Source: Flavobacteriales bacterium (GTDB taxonomy: Bacteria; Bacteroidota; Bacteroidia; Flavobacteriales_F; PHOS-HE28). Taken from it: 64,000 bases of DNA. The DNA lies in assembly GCA_018057455.1 (NCBI GenBank), contig JAGPDT010000008.1:4494-68493 (forward strand), written 5' to 3'. The position numbers and the translations under genes are program-made. Below the pieces are notes generated by a model. It was not told where the DNA came from. It did not search any database and worked only from the letters and a program-made list of their open reading frames with translations. Positions 49,636 through 57,200 of this stretch are shown here, one piece after another (position 1 is the stretch's first letter; every line of letters begins with the position of its first letter).

Positions 49636-51048
49636 TCAGTACACCGTGTTCTGCGGGTCCCAGTTGCACCAGCCTGCGGTCCAGTTCTCCGCGCCGAACG
49701 CACCTCGGAAGGACACTTGCTGGAAGAAGGGATCGGCGGCGACGCCGGTGAAGTCCGCGCCGCTGAGCAGGGGCGAACCCGCGTTGGGCAACAGGATGGG
49801 GGCGGTGAGGCTCATCGGTGCCGCCATGCCCAGAGCTGCCGCGTCGTTGGCCTCGCTGTTGTTCCAGCCCGCGGTGTTGAACCACGTGCTGATGTCGAAG
49901 GTGCTGCCCGAAGCGACGGCCAAGGGCGTGGTACAGCCGGCCACCACGCTGGCACGCATCATCAGGGTGTTGGCGGCGGCGGCGGCTTCGGTGGGCGTTC
50001 CGTCCAGCAACAGGCCCGTGGGATATCCGGCGAACACGGTGTTGTACGCGGTGAGGCGGCTGTTGCGGCGGATATGGGCGGCACGTTTGTATTGCGTGTT
50101 GGTGGCGGCCTGGTCCACGGTGTGGGGGCCGAAGAAGGTGATGTTGCTGAAGATGGGCATGGTGTATGGTGCGGCGCTGGAGCCGCTGGCATCGTTGTCG
50201 CTCTCGAAGCCGTTGCTGCCGCTCTGGTCGGCAATGGCCGGGTCGCGCAGGGACATGCCGAACTGCACCATGCCGCGGTAGCCGTTGTCGGTGTCGAAGT
50301 CGTCATCCCAGCCGCGGAAGGCCGCGATGTGCTTGAGGTTCACCGTGCCGCCGAACATCTCGTAGCTGTCGTCGCCGCAGTGGCTCACCTGGAGGTGGTC
50401 GATGGTGGTGCCGTGGCCCACCGATCCAAGCGTCAGGCCGTTGATCTCCTGGTTGGGCTGCAGGGCGATGCCGGGGAATTCGATGCGCACGTAGCGCAGG
50501 ACCCCGCTGTTGTCGGCATCGTTGGTGCCACCGTACCAGGCCTCGGGTCCGCCTTCGATCAGGGCTTCACCTCCGGGCTGGTTGTTGGTGGCGCGGCCAC
50601 AGATGATGATGCCGCCCCAGTCGCCATAGTCCCGGCTGCCCGCGGCCTGGTTGCTGGTGAACACGATGGGCTGGCTGCTGCTGCCTTCCGCATGGATCTT
50701 CGCTCCGCGCTGGATGATCAAGGTGCCCTTGCTGTTCTTGTCGCCTTTGATCACCGTGCCGGGCTCAATGGTGAGCGTGGCCCCGTCGGACACGTAGACG
50801 AAGCCGTGCAGCAACCATTGTTTGTCGCTGGTGAAGGTGAAGTTTGCCGCGGTGGTGCCTTCCACCTGCCTGGTGTTGTTGCCGATGTCGGTGATGGTGA
50901 AGGCGCTGCCGGAGGGCGTTGGCACGTGGGGCTCGGCGGTCTCGTCCTTCTTGCAGGCGGAGAAGGTGAGCAGTGTGCCCCCGACCAACAAGGCCAGGAG
51001 CGATCGGTTCAGGTTCGGTTTCATCTTTGTTTGCTGGTCTGTTTTCAT
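49636..51048 (-). CDS. Surface lipoprotein with Asp-rich, beta-helix-like repeats (non-SusD TBDR partner; alternative ATG at 51024)
   Basis: Lipobox FSAC-KKD; IEPGTVIKG, PIVFTS, GDWGGIIICG, NGLTLGSVG, DDSYEMFGG, DDDFDTDNG, NGFESDND. Confidence 0.8.
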   Translation of the reverse strand: MKTDQQTKMKPNLNRSLLALLVGGTLLTFSACKKDETAEPHVPTPSGSAFTITDIGNNTRQVEGTTAANFTFTSDKQWLLHGFVYVSDGATLTIEPGTVIKGDKNSKGTLIIQRGAKIHAEGSSSQPIVFTSNQAAGSRDYGDWGGIIICGRATNNQPGGEALIEGGPEAWYGGTNDADNSGVLRYVRIEFPGIALQPNQEINGLTLGSVGHGTTIDHLQVSHCGDDSYEMFGGTVNLKHIAAFRGWDDDFDTDNGYRGMVQFGMSLRDPAIADQSGSNGFESDNDASGSSAAPYTMPIFSNITFFGPHTVDQAATNTQYKRAAHIRRNSRLTAYNTVFAGYPTGLLLDGTPTEAAAAANTLMMRASVVAGCTTPLAVASGSTFDISTWFNTAGWNNSEANDAAALGMAAPMSLTAPILLPNAGSPLLSGADFTGVAADPFFQQVSFRGAFGAENWTAGWCNWDPQNTVY

Positions 51049-51056
51049 TTCGGCCA

Positions 51057-51133
51057 CAAAGGGACCCCATGCACCTTGCCCCGGTGTGAAGCGCGCTTTA
51101 TGCGATCGTTGCGCGGTGTGAACGTTGCGTTAA
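51057..51133 (-). promoter_or_regulatory. Six phased repeats plus degenerate -7 (TCCCTTTG) upstream of the lipoprotein gene
   Basis: Minus strand TTAAC, TTCAC, GCAAC, ATAAA, TTCAC, GCAAG at spacings 11,10,11,11,11. Confidence 0.55.
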
Positions 51134-51263
51134 GGGCCATGGACCAACAAGCGGCAACACGACCGCAGGGTCCCGAGGCGGCCGATCCTGCGTGTGTTTC
51201 CCGGGGCGGGCCCCGGCGTGCGGTTCCAGCTCCATGAAGGGCTCGACCCCGGATGCCGTGATC

Positions 51264-54077
51264 TCAGAACGAGTAGCTCAATTCCCCGCTGAAGCAGGCC
51301 CCCTGGCGGAAGCGGGTCACCTCCTCGTCGCCGGTGGTGAGGCGCCCGTCGCCGTTGCCGTCCTGCATCAGCAACGTGCGGGCGTTCAGCACATTGCTTG
51401 CGCCGAGCTTCAGGTTGAACCGCTCGCCGAGCTGCTTGCCCACGGTGATGTCCAGCTGGCCGGCGGGCATCTCGTAAATGTCCGGTGTGCCTGCGCTGCC
51501 CACGGCATGGAGGCGTTTGCCGTGGATGTTGTACACGACGTTGCACTGTAAGCGGGAAGCGCTGTCGGCCACGAAGAGGCCTGCATTCACCACATACGGG
51601 CTTTGGCCCATCATGGGCCGTTCGTTGGCCTGGCCCACGGCTTCCGGTCCCAACGTCACCGTGCTATGTACCAAGGTGGCGTTGAACAGTACGCCCGTGC
51701 GGCCGGGGATGCCGCGGGTGAAGGCGCCGTTCAGCGAGCGGCGCACTTCCACCTCCGCACCGATGCTGCGTGCGCTTTCCGCGTTGCGGAAGGTGAAGTT
51801 GCGCGTGCCACCTGATCCCGCACCGGGCACGAAGAACAGTTCAATGGGGTCCGTGAACGATTTGCTGAAGACCCCGGCGCTGATCACTTCGCCCAAGCCG
51901 GGGTACATCTCCCAGCGGGCTTCCACGTTGCTGATGGTGGCCGTGGTGAGGCCGGGATTGCCGTAGAGCACGTTGTTGGTGCTGAAGTCATAGAAGGAGA
52001 ACGGCGCCAGCTCGCGGAATTCGGGGCGGTTCACGGTGTTGCTCCACGCCACGCGCACCAAGGACTTTTCCGTGATGTCCAAGGCCGCGTTCACCGAGGG
52101 CAGCACGCTGGGCACGGGATTGTCCACGCGCACGGGGATGCCGCCGTAAGTGGCTCCTTCCAGTTCCTGCCGGTTGTGCTCCAGGCGTACGCCGCCGCTT
52201 ACCCTGAGGCGTTTGGCCCAGCGCACCGCGGTGCCGAGGTGGCCGGCCAGCAAGGTGTTGGCCGCCGTGTAGCTGTCGCTGGGGTTGGTGCCTTCCTCCA
52301 GCTTGAAACCGGTGCTTCCATTGATGTTGGCATCGGCGAAGACCTGCTCCGGCGGAAGGGAGGCCAAGGCCTGGTTGAACTGCCCGCTGTTCGCCTTGCG
52401 GAAGCTCATCCAGCGTGCGCTGAAGCTGCGGTCCTTGCGCTCGGCGAACAGGCCTGCATCGATCTGGGCCGTGATCCGGGCCTCTTCATCCCCCAGTTTG
52501 CGGCCCAGGTCCAGCCTGCCGGTCCACGTCTGCTCGTCCAGGTTGCTGAAGAAGCGGCCGGCATCGAGGGTGGAGGCCGTGGGGGCGATCACCACCTGGA
52601 AGGGTGCATCGCTGGAGCCGATGTCGCGCACCGTGCGGATCCGGCGAAGGTCCGGTTCCTGGCTCCAGGCCCGGCCATGGCCCACGGTCCAGTCCATGTG
52701 GCTGCCGCCGTGGCCCAGGTCGTGGCTGCCGTGCAGCTGGCCGCTGTACACGGTGCGTTGTGTGTAGTGGTGGGCGAAGTTGCGCACCTCGAAGCCTTCC
52801 TCCAGGTTGTTGCCCGTGCGTTCGGTGGTCCGGTTCTCGCCGGTCTGGATGAACAAATTGCGGAACTCCAACTTGGTGCCGGTGCCCAGCAATGCGCTCC
52901 AGTTGTGCATCACACTGGTGCGTGCCGTGCGCACGTTCTCCCGGTCGGTGTAGGTATAGATGGTGTCGCTCTGTTGCGCCGCGGCATCGTAGGCGTTGTA
53001 GTTGTACTGCCGCGCGGTCCATGCGGCATTGGTGTTGGACAGGTTGAGGGCCGTGACCGTACCGTACTTGTTCCGCGCATCGGGCATGCCGAGGCGGCGG
53101 GCGATCAGCAGGCCGAAGCGCTGGTCCGGGGCGGCCTGCTGCACGGTGGAGCCCCAGGTGTTGGGCAGCGCCCGGCCCAGCGTGGCCAACTGGTCCGGAT
53201 GGGCGACCGCGTTCAGGTGGGCGGGAAAGGCGGAAGGCAGCGTGCGTGAGCCATCGTCGAAGCCCAGGAAGTCGGTGCTGCTGCGCTGGTCCTGCCTCAG
53301 GTCCTGGAAGGTGGTGCCCGCGCGGATGCCCAGGCCGTAGCTCACCTTCAGTTCGTTTTCCCGTGGCACGCCCATGGTGGTGAGTTCAATGACGCCACCG
53401 GCGAAATCACCGGGCAGCCCGGGCGCCCCGCTTTTTTGGATGAGCAAGCGGTCCAGTGCGCCGCTGGGCAGCAGGTCGAAGCTGAAGGCGCGTTTGTCCG
53501 GCTCCAAGCTGGGTGCGGCCACGCCGTTCAATAGCACGCTGCTGTAGCGGTCGGAGAGTCCGCGCACCAGCACGAAACGCCCGTCGGTGATGGTGATGCC
53601 AGGTATGCGCTTCACCACGTCGGCGGCATGGCGGTCCTGCCCTTTGGCGATCTGTTCGCGGCCGACGCCGTTGGCCACCTGCCCGCTGTTGCGCACGGCC
53701 ATCAGCACTGCGGCCTCGGTATCCACACGGCGTTCGCGCACCACTTCCACCGTACCCATCTGCACGCCACCTTCCCCGAAGATCAGTTCAACCTGCGCCG
53801 TGGAGGCTTGGCCCAGCACCACTTCCCGTTCCAGGCTGGCCTGCCCCATTTGGCTGGCCACCAAGGTGTAGGTACCCGGTGCGGCGCTCAGGCTGAACCG
53901 GCCGTCGAGGTCGGTGCTGGCGGCCCTGGTGGTGCCCTTGATCGCCACGCTGGCGAAGGGTTGTGGCTGTGGCATGCCGTTCTCCAGGGCCAGTACCACC
54001 CCGGTGATGGTGCCTGTTTGGGCCAGGGCGAAAGACCCCGCCAGCATGCCGAGGACCAAGAGGAAGTTGCGGATCAT
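51264..54077 (-). CDS. TonB-dependent receptor with N-terminal carboxypeptidase-regulatory-like domain
   Basis: Signal peptide; STDLDGRF; plug VKRIPGIT..VRGLSDRY..FSFDLLPS..GDFAGG; RPEFRELAPF; LGASNVLN; C-terminal YSF. Confidence 0.93.
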   Translation of the reverse strand: MIRNFLLVLGMLAGSFALAQTGTITGVVLALENGMPQPQPFASVAIKGTTRAASTDLDGRFSLSAAPGTYTLVASQMGQASLEREVVLGQASTAQVELIFGEGGVQMGTVEVVRERRVDTEAAVLMAVRNSGQVANGVGREQIAKGQDRHAADVVKRIPGITITDGRFVLVRGLSDRYSSVLLNGVAAPSLEPDKRAFSFDLLPSGALDRLLIQKSGAPGLPGDFAGGVIELTTMGVPRENELKVSYGLGIRAGTTFQDLRQDQRSSTDFLGFDDGSRTLPSAFPAHLNAVAHPDQLATLGRALPNTWGSTVQQAAPDQRFGLLIARRLGMPDARNKYGTVTALNLSNTNAAWTARQYNYNAYDAAAQQSDTIYTYTDRENVRTARTSVMHNWSALLGTGTKLEFRNLFIQTGENRTTERTGNNLEEGFEVRNFAHHYTQRTVYSGQLHGSHDLGHGGSHMDWTVGHGRAWSQEPDLRRIRTVRDIGSSDAPFQVVIAPTASTLDAGRFFSNLDEQTWTGRLDLGRKLGDEEARITAQIDAGLFAERKDRSFSARWMSFRKANSGQFNQALASLPPEQVFADANINGSTGFKLEEGTNPSDSYTAANTLLAGHLGTAVRWAKRLRVSGGVRLEHNRQELEGATYGGIPVRVDNPVPSVLPSVNAALDITEKSLVRVAWSNTVNRPEFRELAPFSFYDFSTNNVLYGNPGLTTATISNVEARWEMYPGLGEVISAGVFSKSFTDPIELFFVPGAGSGGTRNFTFRNAESARSIGAEVEVRRSLNGAFTRGIPGRTGVLFNATLVHSTVTLGPEAVGQANERPMMGQSPYVVNAGLFVADSASRLQCNVVYNIHGKRLHAVGSAGTPDIYEMPAGQLDITVGKQLGERFNLKLGASNVLNARTLLMQDGNGDGRLTTGDEEVTRFRQGACFSGELSYSF

Positions 54078-54119
54078 GGTTCGTTGCGCCCGGCCGGATA
54101 GGCGGCTTGGACGTGGGCG

Positions 54120-54175
54120 CAAAAGTCCCGGGCGTGGATTTCCCCGGTCTTGATCCCATGTTAAGGATCGGTTAG
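54120..54175 (-). promoter_or_regulatory. Phased repeats (CTAAC, TTAAC, TCAAG) plus degenerate -7 (GACTTTTG) upstream of the TBDR
   Basis: Repeats 48, 37 and 26 bp upstream of the -7-like element. Confidence 0.55.
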
Positions 54176-54203
54176 CTCCGGTGGCCGGCGCAAGGACTTA
54201 TGA

Positions 54204-54881
54204 TCAGAACCGCAGCCCGATGCCGACCAGGATGTTCACCGCGTCGGTGTTGCTCTCCAGCACGCCGAAGTCCACCTGGCCCGCCCCATTGATCTCTATG
54301 GAGGAGGGGTTTACATAGGTGGCCTTGCCGCTGTTGAAGCGTTCCACGCGGGCCTCCAGGTAGCCTATGCCTCCCAAGCCCACCATCAGGCCGGCGGCCC
54401 AGCCGGTGCTGAAGGTGAAGTCGTTCGCTTGGCGCTCCTGCTGCAAGGGGTCTTCCATGCCTTCCACGGTGAGCTTGCTCCTGGTGGTGAATTGCCGCAT
54501 GCCGGCCATGCCGTCCACGTAAGGCCGCACCTTGCCCTTGAGCGGGCTGAAGCGCAACAGCGGGTGGTAGCCCAGCACCTTGGCCTGCACCGCCAGTTTG
54601 CCTTCGGTGGCTGAAAGCGCCGGTTCGGCCACGGGCACGGTGGCTGTTTCGCGGCCCATGATGCCGTAGTTGAATGCGAAGCCGCCCTGGATCGGCAATA
54701 GGCCGATGGGCCAGGCCATCTGCCCGCCGAAGGTGAACATGTTCCGGCCCCAGGTGTCGGCGAATTCACCGGTGGGCACGCCCATGCCCACGGTGGCCCC
54801 GATGTTGCCTTGGAAGCCGGGCACTTGGCCGGTGGCCAAGCTGGTGGCAAAGGGCACGAGGAGCAGAAGCAGTTGCTTCAT
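54204..54881 (-). CDS. Small outer-membrane beta-barrel protein
   Basis: Signal peptide; alternating amphipathic strands; VRPYVDG; C-terminal GIGLRF. Confidence 0.75.
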   Translation of the reverse strand: MKQLLLLLVPFATSLATGQVPGFQGNIGATVGMGVPTGEFADTWGRNMFTFGGQMAWPIGLLPIQGGFAFNYGIMGRETATVPVAEPALSATEGKLAVQAKVLGYHPLLRFSPLKGKVRPYVDGMAGMRQFTTRSKLTVEGMEDPLQQERQANDFTFSTGWAAGLMVGLGGIGYLEARVERFNSGKATYVNPSSIEINGAGQVDFGVLESNTDAVNILVGIGLRF

Positions 54882-54937
54882 CAGATCAGGGTTTGCGAGG
54901 GGCTGAGCCGATCGCGTGCCGATCTTCGCAGGCGCCC

Positions 54938-55387
54938 ATGGAACTGTTCAGCGGTTGGACCGATGCCGGATTGCCCGCGCTCTTCCTGGCCTCGTTCTTG
55001 GCGGCCACCGTCCTGCCCTTCAGCTCGGAGGTGTTGCTCGCGGCCATGGCCCTTGGAACGTGGGGAACTTGGCCCTTGTTGTTCACGGCTTCCATCGGAA
55101 ATACGCTGGGTGGCCTGGCCAATTACGGTATCGGCCGCTGGCTGCCTCAAGGGCGCCTGCTGCGCTGGTTCCGGGTCGACCCTTCAACAGGTGAGCGGTG
55201 GGCCGGGCAGGTGCAGCGGTACGGCGCGTGGACGGCAGTGTTCTGCTGGCTGCCCGTGGTGGGCGATCCCATCGCCATTGCGCTGGGCTTGTTCCGCGTG
55301 CGCTTTTGGCCGGTGCTGGTGCTGATGTTCATCGGCAAGGCCCTGCGCTATGCCGTGGTGATCGCCCTGCTCCGGGGCTTGTTCTGA
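54938..55387 (+). CDS. YqaA/DedA (VTT domain) family membrane protein
   Basis: SFLAATVLPFSSE, GNTLGG..NY.IGR, WLPVVGDPI, GKALRY. Confidence 0.9.
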   Translation: MELFSGWTDAGLPALFLASFLAATVLPFSSEVLLAAMALGTWGTWPLLFTASIGNTLGGLANYGIGRWLPQGRLLRWFRVDPSTGERWAGQVQRYGAWTAVFCWLPVVGDPIAIALGLFRVRFWPVLVLMFIGKALRYAVVIALLRGLF

Positions 55388-55394
55388 GCGCCGC

Positions 55395-56177
55395 TCAGGA
55401 TACCGCCTTGCGTTGCACGAAGGTCTTGCCTTTGATCGGTTGGTTGAGGAACCACCAACCCGGCAGGTTGGCCCCTTTGCCCTTGCGCTGCTGCCACATG
55501 CCCACCAACTGTTCCTGCAGCACCTCGGTGGCCTCCTCCACGCTGTCCACCACATGGATGAAGTTCATTTCCCCGCTGCTGATGGTGCCCTGCTCCACCA
55601 TCAGTTCCAACTGCCGCAGCATGGGCGTCCAGAACGCCTTGCCGTAGAGGATGACGGGGAACCCCTTCACCTTTCCGGTCTGGATCAGGGTGGCCGTCTC
55701 GAACAGCTCATCCATGGTGCCCGCCCCGCCGGGCATCACCACGAAACAGATGCTGTACTTGAGCAGCAGCACCTTGCGCACGAAGAAGTGGTCGAAGGTG
55801 AGGCTTACATCGAGGTACGGGTTGGCATATTGTTCCATGGGCAGCACGATGTTGCAACCCACGCTCTTGGCCCCCACCTCCTTGGCGCCCCGGTTGGCCG
55901 CCTCCATCAGGCCAGGGCCGCCGCCGGTCATCACCGTGAAGCCAACACGGCCCACGCGCCGGGCGACGGCGCGCGTGATGTCGTAATACTCATGGTCTTC
56001 CTTGAACCTGGCGCTGCCGAAGAAGGTGACGCAGGGCCCCACATAATGCAGCTTGCGGAAACCATAGAAGAACTGCTGGGCGATCTTCAGCAGGGTGGTG
56101 AACTCCTTCCACCGCGAACGCGGGCCGCTCAGGAAGCTGAGGTCGATCCGGCTGCGGTCGTCATAGCGGGCGGCCAT
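55395..56177 (-). CDS. LOG / TIGR00730 Rossmann-fold phosphoribohydrolase (alternative ATG at 56273)
   Basis: CVTFFGSAR, TGGGPGLMEAANRGA, FFVRK, PGGAGTMDELFE. Confidence 0.9.
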   Translation of the reverse strand: MAARYDDRSRIDLSFLSGPRSRWKEFTTLLKIAQQFFYGFRKLHYVGPCVTFFGSARFKEDHEYYDITRAVARRVGRVGFTVMTGGGPGLMEAANRGAKEVGAKSVGCNIVLPMEQYANPYLDVSLTFDHFFVRKVLLLKYSICFVVMPGGAGTMDELFETATLIQTGKVKGFPVILYGKAFWTPMLRQLELMVEQGTISSGEMNFIHVVDSVEEATEVLQEQLVGMWQQRKGKGANLPGWWFLNQPIKGKTFVQRKAVS

Positions 56178-56554
56178 GGAGGCGAAGGTATTGCCCACGG
56201 GGTCGTGCACGCGCACACCGGCCGGGGGCGCATGGAAGGAACGGCCATGGGGAAGGGATGCGGCGTGGTCCATGAGAAGGGGCACTGGTTTGTTGTGGCG
56301 CCGATACGCAGGGCAGGCGCAAAAGGGTTCGGCAAGGGCGGGCGGCGGGTGTGCCGCGCGGGAGCGGTCGTGCCAGTAGGGAAGCCCCGGTGCCCATGGC
56401 CCTGTGTGATCCTTGGCCCGCCCGGCCGGCGCTCGCTTCTGTGGAACAAAGCGTGGTGGGAATGGGCCTGGTGACATTGCTCACGGCAGAGGCCGGTTGG
56501 AAAGGGGAACTTTGTTTTGCACCGATCCGCAGGAAACCACCACACCGCCACCCC

Positions 56555-56941
56555 ATGAGCTACCACTTCTCCAAGACGATCCAACTGGAATTCGATGCCG
56601 CCATCGCCAAGGTCACCGACGAACTGAAGAAGGAAGGCTTCGGCATCCTCACGGAGATCGACATGCAGGCTGCGTTGAAGACCAAACTGGGCGTGGACTT
56701 CCGCCCATACAAGATCCTCGGCGCCTGCAACCCACCGTTCGCGCACAAGGCCGTATCGGCCGAACCGCACATCGGCACCATGCTGCCCTGCAATGTGGTG
56801 GTGCAGGAACATGCCCCGGGCCGGGTGGAGGTGTCCGCCGTGGACCCGGCGGCCTCCATGATGGCCATTTCCAATGCGGCGCTCGGTGATCTGGCCGGTG
56901 AGGTGGGGGAGAAGCTGAAGCGGGTGATCGAGGCCTTGTAG
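56555..56941 (+). CDS. DUF302 domain protein
   Basis: GFGILTEID, YKILGACNP, MLPCNVVV, SAVDP. Confidence 0.88.
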   Translation: MSYHFSKTIQLEFDAAIAKVTDELKKEGFGILTEIDMQAALKTKLGVDFRPYKILGACNPPFAHKAVSAEPHIGTMLPCNVVVQEHAPGRVEVSAVDPAASMMAISNAALGDLAGEVGEKLKRVIEAL

Positions 56942-57116
56942 GCACCGGTCGCAGAAACCGCAAGCGACCGGCAGGCACGGTAAGGCGGCCGCTGCTTTTT
57001 CCTGTTCATTGGGGCGGGAAGCGGATATCACCGGGGTTTATCTTGTAGCAGATCGCCGATCCGGGCCATTTGGCTTTACTGGACAGGGCTTCTTGTTGGT
57101 TGAAGAACTGTTGCAC

Positions 57117-57124
57117 TACATTTG
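57117..57124 (+). promoter_or_regulatory. -7 promoter element (TACATTTG) of the delta-60 repeat gene
   Basis: Exact TAnnTTTG match about 76 nt upstream of the ATG. Confidence 0.55.
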
Positions 57125-57200
57125 GCACACCCCATCCCCCCATCCCTTCTTGGCGGCGTATGCCCGTTCCGGAAGGGACTCATTCAAATCTTTTGAACCC

